Assembly: GCF_009914755.1 (NCBI RefSeq)
Contig: NC_060937.1
DNA from: the human T2T-CHM13v2.0 reference genome, Homo sapiens
Reading direction: 5' to 3' (one strand)
Length of the DNA stretch: 64,000 bases
Part shown: positions 1 through 12,151 of the stretch, piece by piece
Layout of the letters: each line of letters opens with the position of its first letter
Numbering within the stretch: the stretch's first letter is position 1
The notes under the pieces: model-generated
What the model was told of the DNA's origin: nothing
The model's database searches: none
What the model saw: only the letters and a program-made list of their open reading frames with translations
Program-made: the position numbers and the translations under genes

Positions 1-186
1 CATTCTTCTTCTCTCTGTCTCTCTTTTTTTTTTTTTTTTGGTGGTGGTGGTTCTGAATTAATTTCCAAAGCTTACATAAAATTATGTGTGCAAAGCCTCT
101 CCATGCCTGTTAAGCACAGCCTGGGTGTAGAGTTGTGGGTATGGGGCAGGAGTTAGTCGGCCTGGTTCCATTAGGACTTGCCCTCT

Positions 187-279
187 GTTCCCATCATGCC
201 TTGCCTCTCCCATATGCCTTACCATTCCCATCATGCCTTGCCATTCCCAGCATGCCTTGCCATTCCCAGCATGCCTTGA
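187..279 (+). repeat. 19-bp minisatellite (5 units, CATTCCCAKCATGCCTTGC) matching the ZNF143/Staf binding consensus
   Basis: Units at 187-204, 205-222 (degenerate), 223-241, 242-260 and 261-279 read directly from the sequence. Confidence 0.85.
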
Positions 280-599
280 TAGCCTCTGACTGCCCTTTGT
301 TGCTGGTGTGGAGGTTTTGCCAGTCAGTGCAGTTTCACTAGGAGTCAGAAGTAAATTTACTATCCCGCTTGTCTAAGCAGCCCACCATTTTTCCACTGAG
401 GCAGGATTCCTGCCTTGTTCCTCCCTCCAGCCCTGTCTTCTGTTCTGTGGAACTGGACCCAAGACATTACCCTGACTGATACCCAACAGACCAGTTATCT
501 GGAGCATAATGCCATTCTCTGATGCCATCACCTAATCTTTCCTTTTGACTTTGACCTTCAATACCCTGCAAACATTTTTTGAGCAAGTCCCCAAACCTG

Positions 600-790
600 A
601 CTGGGAGCACTAGCTCAGGTTCTTATTGGCTGTGTGATGCTCAGCAAGTTGGACAAATTCTGAAACTCAGTTTCTTTATTTCGGAAAGAGGACCAGTATA
701 AATAGTCACCTGTATGTAGCTCACAATTGTTCTAAAGATTCAATACAGTAAAGCATGTGAAAGTATCTTGCACATATTGCTATACAGGTT
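600..790 (+). mobile_element. MIR SINE fragment
   Basis: ggctgtgtgatgctcagcaagtt...ctcagtttcttt...aaagcatgtgaaag resembles the MIR core. Boundaries approximate. Confidence 0.7.
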
Positions 791-914
791 AACTATTTTA
801 TTTCATTGGATTTCTGTTGAAAAATAAGCTCTATAATCTTTATTAGCTAATCTCTCCTAGAGAATTCTTTGCTGGTGTTGTAGTTTAATGTTTGGCATAG
901 GTTATGTGGAAGAT

Positions 915-1116
915 TCTTAGACTTTTAAGTGTGCCAGAATCATCTGGGGTGATTTATAGAGATGGGTCCATGCCCACAGATTCTGGCTTTAGGTTTACCA
1001 TAAGGCTCAGGAACCTGCATTTTGAAAAGCACCATGTATTAGTTTGCTTTGGCCACGCTACCAAGATACTGCAAGCTGGTGACTTAAACAACAGTCTTGC
1101 AGTTCTGGAGGCTAGA
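915..1116. mobile_element. MER5-type hAT fragment followed by an MLT1 (MaLR) LTR-end fragment
   Basis: cagaatcatctgggg...ctgcattttgaaaagc (MER5-like), then tgtattagtttgct...acttaaacaacag...cagttctggaggctagaa (MLT1 3' end, reverse). Confidence 0.55.
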
Positions 1117-2574
1117 ACTCCCTTCATGCTCTTGTTGGATAAATACTGCCAAGAGAGTAGATTTACTCACTATTCAGTTCTCTGTCCATGAAATCCTCAC
1201 AACTGGAAAGAATGAAATGTTTATGCACAGGCCCAGTCCTGCTTCAGCCTGGGACAGATTCCACCACTCTTGCCAAAGTCCCTGTTTGGACATATTCAAA
1301 AATAAGTTGTTTTCTTTCTGGGATGCCCTTCCTGTATCTTGCTAAATATACTTTCTCCATATTTCAAGTTCCATCCAAGTCCATGTACCCAGTGAAGGAT
1401 TCCTTGAATAGCACAGTCTTCATGGATCTAGCTTACCTGTGACGTTATGGTTGAATTTTACCCTCTGTCTTTGTCTTGTGTCATTTACTGTATTATAAAT
1501 TGGTTGCAACCAGAGATTATGTGTTATGTTCTGGTATTTCTCACCACTTCTATTATAATGTGGAGACCTAGCAGGTGTACAGTCGATACCACTGTCTTAT
1601 TTAAGAGCTATATGAAGGCAGAGACAAAGATTAGAGCTTCTGTGCTACTAAGTAAGAATTTTTGAAAAATACAAGTCAATTTCTTTATTTATTCAGAAAG
1701 GTGATAGATTTTCCAAATATCCTTGTCAAAGGTTGATAGCTGAGGATATTGTACTAATTACATGGAATATATGCATTCATTAAAATTATAACTATGATGA
1801 TTATATATCAACATGAAAATGTCACAAATTCTTTTTTAATTTTTAAGTGAGTAAAACATCATAAAATTATATTTATACTACAATTACTGCTATGAAAAAG
1901 CATGAATAAAGGCTGGGAGAGAACACAGATATGAAAATAGTTATATTTGGGTGATAGGCTAATGAACAAATTATTTTCTATTTTTAATACTACAGTACTG
2001 CTTTCATGAAAATCATGGGAAACATAACAGTGACAGACAGTTTGGATTGTTGTCAGCTATGGGAAAAATATTCAGTTTTTGGGAATGGAAAATGACATGA
2101 GCTATACAGAGATTTCAGCAGTCTTCAGTGCATGAGCTAATTCTGACAGCATTGTGCATTAAGTTTTAGCTTAACTAATAATGAGGACTCCGTTAATACA
2201 GGAGGTATTTTAAAGACATGGCTGACATGGCTAACCTGTCTTAGGAGAGCCATCTTGGAAACTTGCTATTTATCTATACTTATTGTAAGGTCGATATTTC
2301 AATTTCCTCCCAGGAGTAGAACTGCCAGTAGGATATCTGAAATTCAAGACCTATGACAATCAATACCTTAAACTTCTTGTACTCAAAATCCACATACAAG
2401 CGCTTTTTGGGACTGTCTTGCATTTTGTTTGTGTGGCAAGAAACAGTTTCTGGTCTTTGAATCATCATGTCCTTTTCCAGCATAATATCCTGTGGGGTTT
2501 TCATCAGGGAAGAAAGGCAGCACACCGGAGTAAGATTTTGCTATGATTATCTCATCATCTCTTTTCATTTGCAG

Positions 2575-2629
2575 TGCCACTGGCAAAACTCTTTTTTAAA
2601 GAAGGGTTCAGCAAAATGATTGGCACTCG
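2575..2629 (+). other. Candidate 55-nt internal exon of an unidentified host transcript
   Basis: Polypyrimidine tract ctcttttcatttgcAG, exon, then CG|GTAAGT donor, in non-repetitive context. One frame is open (PLAKLFFKEGFSKMIGT-R). Confidence 0.55.
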
Positions 2630-3314
2630 GTAAGTGGCTGATATTGAATAGGAAAAGCCAAGAGCTAATTTGAAGTCTTTATATAATGTTCTTTGTTTAA
2701 AAAATTGAAGAGAAAAAATCCAAAATTAGAAGACTAAGAACTAGAGCAGTCTTGCACCATACTGTTTTAATTGGCTGTTGCTCATGAGAAGAATCAATAA
2801 TTTCTTTTGAAGTTTCGCATCAACTGCTTAATTTTGATCAAGTCTTATAATTAATCAGGTGTGAATAAAATGAATCAGCTATAATTTTAACCATGTTTTC
2901 TTAAAAAATAACTACAATGATATAAGTAATGGGTTATCTAACCTTATTCAAGGTTTTATAAATGATTTGAGCAGTATTTTAGAGGAACTACAACTTATCA
3001 ATTAACTCATGAGTTTTGGCAATCACATTTTCAATACCTTTTAAGAACAAATTTATTGAAATGTTAATGTAATTTTGTGTTCTTCAGGTATTATACCTGT
3101 TTTATTTTAACCATCAAGTAGTAATATAATTCCTGCTGAATTTCCAACACTGTGTCAGCCCTCATGGAGGCAGAACAATGAGTGAACAATGAGCAGCCCA
3201 GGTTACGGACTTCATCCTCAAAGATCTTACAATATAAATGGAGGAACAGATAATACATTAAACCATCAGAGAGTAATTGACTTTCAATGTATCATTTTAA
3301 TTGTATATAAATAA

Positions 3315-3445
3315 AGTAATTTCAGAAAAGGAAGAAAGCTTGAATAGCCAAAGTTCACACAGGTGGTGAATGTCACAAACAGAAGTCAAATCCAGGCAAT
3401 CAGAACCCAGAGTTTTTTCCTTTAATCATTATGCTAATGCTGTCT
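3315..3445 (-). mobile_element. MIR fragment
   Basis: ccaaagttcacacaggtggtgaatg...aagtcaaatccaggcaatc...tttaatcattatgc matches reverse MIR. Confidence 0.6.
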
Positions 3446-3474
3446 CTCCACATACTTACATTAATGATTACATT

Positions 3475-3770
3475 GAATTTGTTTACTCATATATTTATTG
3501 AACACATACTATACGCTGGGTACGGTGTATATTTTGGTAAACAAGGTATATATGGTCTCTAGCATTGTGGAGTTTATAGTTGAGGACTAGGAGAATATAG
3601 ACGTTAAACAAATAGCTATATAAATTATAAGTGATACGAAGGAGCAAGTTTCAGAGTGTTAGAAGCACTCAACAGGAACATCTAATCTTGTCTCGAGAGG
3701 CTAGAAAAAGGTTGATTGCAGAAAGAAAACTGCCAAATTAAGAACTAAGAGCTGAGTAGAATTTATCTAG
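3475..3770 (-). mobile_element. L2 3' end
   Basis: atatttattgaacacatactatacgctgggtac is the reverse complement of the L2 3' terminus. Confidence 0.6.
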
Positions 3771-5180
3771 ACCCCAACCATGGCCATTCTTATTAAAGAA
3801 TCCTGCTGCTTCTGTTAGCTGCTCATCTACTTTCTTACCTGCTCTATTTCCCTTTCTTCTTTCTTACCTTCTTTATCTCAGAACTGCTCTTTTGTCTTTT
3901 GCACATCACATAAAAGAGTAGTCATTAGCATTCAGTCAACCTGCTTCTTTAATTCTGTATTGGGAGTAATTTGGCAATGTTTGGAGATTCTGAATTGCAC
4001 CTATAGTTTGGTGTTCAGAGGTTTCTTCTCAGTGTCACCTCATAAAACTATATTTTTTGCTACTTTAATTTTATCTTTTAAGATTGTTAATATTTTTACA
4101 AGATATCTAATCATTTTGTATAAAAAATGGCAAGGGACTACAACTCCCTAAAGCGTTTGAATTTTTGCTCCTGTGGCTTCAACTGTATGTGGACATAGCT
4201 TCTGGGTTTGTCAGCCCTTTGCCTTGGTGTCCTCAATCAGTAGCTTGGCAACATATTACACTGGCAGGTTCTTATTGTCTGTCAACATAAAGCTTGCTTT
4301 GTGTACAGTATTAGCTCCTGGATGGTTCTGCAAAAGCGATGTGTCACTGAAATTTTCTTTTTTGACAAGTCTCTTACCTGGTGGTTAATAGCTGCGATGA
4401 AATATTTTTTCTTCAAGAAATGAGCCATTTCTTCTTGGCCATATGTTCTAGTCTTTGATGATATATTTGCCAAAAAATTGCCAATGAAACCTTCTTTTTT
4501 TCTGTCCATTAAAAAAAAATCTACCATTTCTCCATTCTACGTTTATTATTTCTATCAGCAAAGTGATATGTAACTGCAGCCTCTCAGGTATTATACTGTA
4601 AACCAATTGAGTGATTGCCTTCAATGTGAGGGACCCAGTGTAGAGAAAGAAGAGGTGACAAATTCAGGATGTATTCCATTCAGCAATAAATGAAATAGAA
4701 AAGTAGATTTTTTTCTAAATTGTTTGAACAATCAGAGAGTTCAGACTCCCCGAAGAGAGTATATATTTTGTAATCAATATAAAATGAGTTATGTTTTTGT
4801 CCCTCTTGAGCTACATAACACAAAACCTGCTGGATGTATTTACAGTTGCAGAGAAATCTAGAAGATAGGTCTAGTGTAGTCTGTCTTAAAAGAGCTTTGT
4901 GGCCTGTGCAAAATTCATGAAGATGTACCTCAACATGATAGCCATTTTCTGGCACAACAGTTAATATTGCAACAGAATAAGAGAAGTACATGTGACAGAG
5001 AGACAAACCACACATACAAAGACACCATATCTTTGTAAAACAAATGCTAATTTCAATGTAAGATTCAAGTCAAAGTAACAACAGGGGCTGTGAATTGTAG
5101 ATACTGGTTTTTCGTATCCTGCTTCTCTTAAGGGCAGCTCTTTTTAGCATACTCCCATGCAGCAACAGAAATTTGTATCT

Positions 5181-5472
5181 TTTTTTTCTTTTTTGAGATG
5201 GAGTCTCGCTCTATCACTAGGCTGGAGTGCAGTGGCACAATCTCGGCTCACTGCAACCTCTGCCTCCTGGTTCAAGCGATTCTCCTGCCCTAGCCTCCTG
5301 AGTACCTGGGACTACAGGTGCGCGCCACCACACCCAGCTAATTTTTATATTTTTAGTAGAGACGGGGTTTTACCATGTTGGCCAGGATGGTCTTGATCTC
5401 TTGACCTCGTGATCTGCCCACCTCAGCCTCCCAAAGTGCTGTGATTACAGGCGTGAGCCACCGCGCCTAGCC
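5181..5472 (-). mobile_element. Alu (AluSc-like), full length
   Basis: Reverse Alu dimer with poly-T. Diagnostic aggatggtcttgatctcttgacctcgtg. TSD cagaaattt(g/t)tatct at 5166 and 5473. Confidence 0.97.
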
Positions 5473-7920
5473 CAGAAATTTTTATCTTTAAGAATAGTTG
5501 ATTGCTTTGAGCTCTGTAAAGAAAATCAGCCAGTTTCTCATAAATGTGAGTATTGTTAACAAGAAAACTAGAAACAACTGTGCATGCTTTTTTTGGTATC
5601 AACAAAATAGGTAAAATTGCAGTAAGAATGATTCAGACAACTGTGAGGAGAAAGACTAGTAGTACAGGTAATGCCTCTCTAGCACTACAATAGAATATTG
5701 AGGGCTATTGTGGGATTTTTGTCCTAATGGCTTTAAAAATAGCCATACTGTCACCAGTCTGAAGTGGTTAACTTGCCTGCATTCAGAAGTATTTACTAGA
5801 CATCTTGAAATTACTGGAAATGTTTTTGCACTGGGACTTGAATTATCGTTCTGGTTCTAGTACTAATTTGTTCTATGGTCATAGGCATATTTCCAAAAAG
5901 AGAAAATGAAGGAGTTATGTTGGATACTCTTTGAGGTTACTTAGAGCTGTGAATTCTTTCAGACTTCCCTCATGAAACATTAGGTAACCGCAGTCTTCAT
6001 ATTTTGCACGACTGTCTGTCATCCTCATGGCAAGATTACTTGTAGTCAATGCTACAGGAAAAGCTCAAGAGATCTGTAATAAGAATTTTTCAGTGGGTCC
6101 ACTTGGTGACATAGCTGGACTTAAGAGCACTGGTCATGATAATACTTATGTAAAGTTCTGTACTTATGTGAATTCTCTGAATTTTATAAGTCCTGTTGAT
6201 AGGTTAACTTCTGTTGTATTTTAATCTTCTGATTCTTCTCAGTAACTATTCTAAACTTTTCAAAATGCCTTCACATCTAATGTACCTTCTTTGGTCTGCA
6301 AAATAAGCCTGGGAAGAGGGTACGTCATGAGTCCTCTCCCTCAGCCCAGTCATGCAAAGATGTGAGAATGTTGGAATGGAGGTGGAAGAAGGGGGTGACT
6401 CTTCTGGAGTCGGTATCCCATGAAAGAGAGAGAAGTCAGTAGCCAGGAAGTCTGGTCAAAGTCAGTGGCTGGGAGGAGTCCAGCTAGATGTGCATTGGCA
6501 GAAGCATGACCTTTCACCAGGTGAAGGTCAACATCCAAGGGGTGAAGGAATAGTGAAGTAGGTGCGGAGCAGACAAGATGTTTCAGGAGACACATCCATG
6601 TGTATTGAATTCCCATGCAGAGTAGAGGAAGAGCTGGGTATACTCAGTAACCAATGAGGAACGTATGTGGGTCAGTGGGGTAAATGGCCTTACCCAAAGT
6701 TGTTCTGTCCTCATGCCATGGGATGCCAGGAATTAAACCTACATCTTTGGCGTACAATATCTCATTAAAATATTTAGTTTATTCTATTTCTAAATACAAT
6801 ATTTAGTTTCTTCTCCACCCTCTCATTGTCAGGATTAGGGTACTCCAAGTATGTTGAATAATATGTAAGTTCTTAAGTAGAATTTTTACACTGTCTCATG
6901 ATGCAGTAACCTGAAAGCAAATTTGTGAAACAATATCCTGGTCAGGAGGTGTATCATGAAAACCCGAGGCTGCATATTTCCTCAGTAAGGTTGCTTTCCT
7001 TGCAAGCAGAGTTTTAGAATTCAGGGTTTACTCAAAGGGCTGTTGTGATCATGAATTTTTAAAATCAGTTATTGTTTAATGTAAAATAGCAAATAAGGAA
7101 TACAAGCCTGGTTACCTAAGAGCAACATTGTTAGCTGGAAAACCCATTCACTCTACAGCTGTCCCCAGTTCCAAAAGTCCCTGATGAGTAACCTGGCTGA
7201 CATCTCTTGAATATCTCTCCCTCACTGTACTCCAAGCATCTGCTATCCCAGACTCAATGTTTGTTTCTGTCATTTCAGATACGTTGATGATGGTGATGCA
7301 GAGTGTTTATTTTTCTTTGCAGAAAAATGCAAGCAAATGTTTGATCTATAAGTTCATTTATTTGTATATTTGTTTCATTATTACCTTTCCCCTTCTAAGT
7401 AATAAAGTATTCTTTATCATCCACCTGGATTAAATCATTGTTGTTCTTGCTTAGTAACTCTACAAGCTGCTAAGTAAGTCCTTTCCAGTTCTCCATCCCA
7501 GCAAAAGCTGTTATTTATGACTGCAAAGATTATTTTCATGCTAATGAGGTTGTTTCCTCATTTTTGAAAATGTTTATCATGTAATATTTGAACATATAAA
7601 CTGTATGTAACATCATCCTAACAGGAACACCTGTGAATCCCCCCTTCCATTAGGAACTGGAACAATTCTGTTGCATCTGTCTTGTCCTCCTCCTCTACTT
7701 CATCTCTGTGCACCCCTACCCCTAGAGGGAATAGTGTCCTAAATTGCCTTTTAATATATAGTTTTGTCACCTACACCTGAATGACCAAATAATATACCAT
7801 TTAGTTTCACTAATTTTGTAATCTCAAAATAGATATGTGTATGTGTATAATTATCTATAATTTGCTTTTTTCCAACAAAATTATGTTTCTAAGGCATTTC
7901 TGTTACTCCTCCTTATGGGA

Positions 7921-8084
7921 CAGTGCTTTTAAAAGTTTAATGTGCATACAGATCACCTTGGGAGCTTGTTAAAACATGGATTCTGACGCAGTTCGTCCAT
8001 AGCGGGACCTGAGGTTCTGTATTTCCAGCAGGCTCCAGGTTTTGCTCATGCTCTGGCTTGCGGGTCACCCTTTGACTAGCAAGG
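7921..8084. mobile_element. MER5A/MER5B-type hAT-Charlie MITE
   Basis: cagtgcttttaaaag...atcaccttgggagcttgttaaaa...ctgtatttccagcaggctccagg...tttgactagc. Confidence 0.75.
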
Positions 8085-8352
8085 TTATAGAGGGTACAGA
8101 TGGTTCACAATGAATAAGTGTTGTCTTACTCTAAAATTGATAGTTTGCTTATTAAATGCCAGCATACCTTCCTGAAAACGTACATTTTTATTCCATTTGT
8201 TTCTTTCCCCAAATCTTAACAGAAAGATGGAGATTCCGAAAAGAATTGTGGGACCAGCTTCCTTTGACCCAAGCACAATGATGAGCAATGCTTTTATCTA
8301 AAAGCCGTGAGGTGATAGGGAACCAAATTTTTCCCCATTGATGTTTTGGTTG

Positions 8353-8871
8353 TGTATGAGTCAGGGTTCTCTAGAGGCACAGAACTAATAGGATAGATGT
8401 ATATATGAAGGGGAGTTTATTAAGGAGTATTGACTCACACAATCACAGGTGAGGTCCCACAATAGGCTGTCTGCAAGCTGAGGAGCGAAGAAGCCAGTCC
8501 AAGTCCCAAAACCTCAAAAGTAGGGAAGCCGACAATGCAGCCTTCAGTCTGTGGCCAAAGGTCCAAGAGTCCCAAAGCTGAATAACTTGGAGTCTGATGA
8601 TGTTCAAGGGCAGGAAGCATCCAGCATGGGAGAAAGATATAGGCCAGAGGTCTAAGTCAGTCTAGTCTTTCCATGTTCTTCTGCCTGCTTTTATTCTGGC
8701 TGTGCTGGAAGCCGATTAGGTTGTGCCCACTCAGATTGAGGGTGGGTCTGCCTTTCCCTGTCCACTGAATCAAATGTTAGTCTCCTTTGGCAACACCTCA
8801 CAGACACACCCAGGAACAGTACTTTGCATCCTTCAATCCAGTCAAGTTAACACTTAATATTAACCATCACA
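8353..8871 (-). mobile_element. MLT2A-type (HERV-L) solo LTR
   Basis: TG...CA ends (tgtatgagtcagggttctctagagg ... attaaccatcaca), perfect 5-bp TSD GGTTG at 8348-8352 and 8872-8876. Confidence 0.93.
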
Positions 8872-8916
8872 GGTTGGATGCTTTTTTTCTAAGGTTTTTG
8901 TAAAGAGGATACTGGT

Positions 8917-8917
<1 letters not shown>

Positions 8918-8958
<41 letters not shown>

Positions 8959-9079
8959 TTCTCTCCTTCTTTCTTCTTTCTTTCTTTCTTTTTTTGAAAA
9001 CAGATTTTCAGGAAATGAGAATGTACATTGGCTATGCATATATTAATATCTTAGGACTTTAAGATTGAATGCATATTTG

Positions 9080-9134
<55 letters not shown>

Positions 9135-9219
9135 GAAAACTGAGATTTTCAGGAAATGAGAATGTGCGTTGGCTGTGCATATATTAATATCTTAGGGCTT
9201 TAAGATTGAATGCATATTT
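8918..9219. repeat. (GCTT)n/(CTTT)n microsatellites with an ~85-bp tandem duplication
   Basis: Copies at 8994-9078 and 9133-9219, each preceded by (CTTT)n. Confidence 0.9.
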
Positions 9220-9849
9220 TTACTTATTAGTCTTGCACTTCATCGCTTCATGATCTTTGGCTTTGGTAAGGTCTTGACAGTGTAAGATAATCAACCGGTA
9301 AAAAAAGAACAGGAGGCCGTGTGACAGAACTTCAAGCACCTCTTCAGTGTGATTCAGCTGAAAGATCTACAACTCTGACATGTTGATGATTTATCATCCT
9401 TGTGCTCCCCAGCACATAAATTTCAAGGAGCAGCTGACACTTCTGATCATCTTAAAGATATACTATTTAGCAATAATTTAACTTCCAGAGAGACTAAAAG
9501 ATACTTTTATTTAGTGCTATTTATTCTACTTCTAAATTCACGATACTAAGTTATGAAACTATAATCACCTTACATTTTAAGAACAGCCATTTAGCCATTG
9601 AGAGGATGGAAAATATGGTCACATATGTGATTTAATAAAGCTGTACAGAATAGGGAATTGGGCTCTTAGATTCTAATAGTTATCTGCCTTAGTGAGAGAA
9701 ATTGGTGTTCTGAGGAATAAGTCATGAATTAGTTCACACAATATTTACCGTTACTCTAATGATGAATTTGGTAGGCGTGCTGTGGACTGGAGAGTCTTTC
9801 TGGCCTGTTTGGAGATATAAGAGGCGAAGTTTAACTTAAAGGACAAGGT

Positions 9850-10360
9850 ATCTTTCGATTGCAAGGAAGAGAAACTTATCTTAAATTGGTTTAAGCAAAA
9901 AGGGGAATTTCTGTGCTCGCATAACTGGCAAGTCTTATGGTTCTCTAGCTTCAAGCATGGATAGATCCAGGGGCTTAATCAAGTTATCAGATTGATATCT
10001 ATCTCTCTTCCTTCTGCCTCCCTTCCTCTCTCTTTTCCTCTCTCTCTCCCTCTTTCCCTCTCTCTCTCCCCCACTTTCCCTCCTTCCCTCCCTCCCTCCT
10101 TTTCTCTTTCTCTCCTGCCTGCCCTTCTCTTCCTCTTTCTCTCCCTCTTTCCCTCCCTCCCTCCCTTTCTCTCTTTCTTCTTCCTGCCTCTCTTTCTCTT
10201 CCTCTCTTTTTCTCTTTCCCTCACTTCCTCCTCTCTCTTTCTCAGTTCTGTTTTCCTTGGTGTTGGCTTCATTCTTCCCAGTCATTGTCCAGGTTGGCAA
10301 CCTGAAGCTTGAGGCTGACATTGTCTGACAAGTGGCAATCTCAGAGAACAGAGTGAGGCT
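9850..10360 (-). mobile_element. Ancient ERVL/MaLR LTR fragment (LTR33/MLT1-like) interrupted by a CT-rich tract
   Basis: ttgcaaggaagagaaact...ggtttaagcaaaaaggggaattt...cataactgg motif. Subfamily uncertain. Confidence 0.5.
10002..10243. repeat. ~240-bp polypyrimidine (CT-rich) low-complexity tract
   Basis: Almost pure C/T on + strand. Explains the R/E/K-rich and S/L/P-rich pseudo-ORFs here. Confidence 0.95.
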
Positions 10361-11046
10361 CTTTCTGTGTAGCTTAGGCAGTTCGTTCTCCCCTTCTGCT
10401 TTATTTTAGCTTCTCCTTCTTTTTCTGCTTTAACGATTTGATTCTTAATCATTTAGCCCTGAAATCCCTCCTGTTTCCTTCCTGAGTTACCCCTCTTTCT
10501 CTATAGACCTACATGCAGTCTTTGAAAGCTCTGGATGTGTGTGTGGAGGGAGGGGGTTTATTTAAAATTTTATCGTGTAATGTTTAACATCCTGTAAAAA
10601 TGTTCATAATACATTAATACAAAAGCAGATCTCCAGTAGCTGTAGACTATGGCATCCTTCAAAACACAGATGAATAGAATCTCTAGGTCTATAGGCATGA
10701 AGACATACAGATAACAACAAGATATGCAGTAGGATATTCTCCACAGAGTTAACAGTGGTTGTGGCTAGGAAAGCATTAATTTCAAAAATTTAGCTTAGTG
10801 TACTTAAGTCTTTACTTTGGGCAGTTTGTATTACCCAGAAATGGCACCTTCACTCTCCTGATGGGAGATATGCTTGTCTGTGCTTGGCTCTGTTACCCTG
10901 GGAGTTGATTTGAGAGGAAGACTGGGGGTTTTAACACTGGATATGTGGACTTTTGTCTAATGCTCCTGTTTTCAGAATGGTACAGACACTTACCCTTAAT
11001 TATACCTTATTAAGGTATAATTAATAATTATGCCTTAGGTGAGGTG

Positions 11047-11121
11047 GTGTGTATATGTATGTGTGCATGTGTGTGTGCCTGAGTGTGCATGCGTGTGAGT
11101 GTGTGTGCGTGTGTGTGTGTG
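11047..11121. repeat. Imperfect (TG)n microsatellite
   Basis: Direct reading. Confidence 0.9.
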
Positions 11122-11974
11122 TCCAGGCTGTGCTGAGCAAAGCAGCAAAGCACATCTGGGAGAGAAACAGAACACCCAGCACCCATGGCAGCAATGCCAG
11201 GGCACAGCCTCTCCTCTGGAGGTCCTTGGAAGACAAGAAGATCTTTGTCACCAAGGCACAATGTAGTAGAAGTTGACTCCAGCAGCCACAGTCCCTAATT
11301 CTCAATGTTTTTTCATAAAAGTAAATCGGATGAGCCTCTATATAACATCTCAGACATCCCTGTTGAATTCATAATTAAAAATCTAAATGAATTATTTTTT
11401 ATTAAGGTATACTTTCAAATGCTTAATATCCATGAGATAACTCTGATTTACTTCAAGGAGTCTTAACCATAAAAATATATAGAAAAATCTTATATAATGC
11501 CTTAAAATATTTTAATATTTGGCAATTTTAAGATCCTTAAGGAGCTTTAGCTTTTTAGAGCTATTTTAAGATATTTAAAGAACATTATCCACATATAGCT
11601 CAATATAAGTCATTACTTACTATCAAGGCACGTGTGGAAAGTAGTTATAGTGAACATTTTAAAATGGAATAATACCTAACATAAAATTTAAAGTAACATT
11701 GGTGATTTATTTAATTTTTCTTTTCATGGAATTTATGGCTTAATGCTGAACATAATTACAATATTTTTTATCCCCAGTTCATACAGAGATGAATATTTCT
11801 ACTCTAGTTAATTCTTCATTCTTCTTGCTATTAACTTAGTATGTTAGTAATTGTCATAAAATGGAAATAGCTAATAAGCATTGGGTGTTGTATTAGTCTT
11901 CCTTCTTAGCTTCTGTTTCTCCCATCTCCTTCTTTTTATTCTTTAATTCTTTACTTTTTTAATGAAAAAAATCA

Positions 11975-12125
11975 TAGCAACTAACATTTAGTTGCTATGT
12001 GCTAGGCTCTCTGCTAAATGCTTTGCATATCCTAGATTATTTAATTCTCACAGTGATCCTGTGGGGATTGATGGTTATCTCCATTTTGCAGATGTGGAGG
12101 CTGAAGCTTCAAAGTTTAATTAGCA
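11975..12125 (-). mobile_element. MIR
   Basis: ctatgtgctaggctctctgctaaatgctttgcat...ctccattttgcagatgtggaggctgaagc. Confidence 0.8.
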
Positions 12126-12151
12126 AGTTTGAAGCTTTGTATGCTGTATAG

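Noticed and set aside
187-279. CRISPR-like array
   Set aside because: Head-to-tail repeats without unique spacers, in eukaryotic DNA. It is a minisatellite.
2280-2586. Two overlapping - strand ORFs (one with KRLYVDF, superficially TGF-beta-like)
   Set aside because: No cysteine-knot pattern or recognisable homology. Splice signals favour a + strand exon instead.
9231-9265. 35-nt AG...GTAAGG pseudo-exon
   Set aside because: Weak acceptor at a duplication edge. Such pairs are common by chance.
9935-10321. R/E/K-rich and S/L/P-rich ORFs of 97-128 aa
   Set aside because: Translations of the CT low-complexity tract.
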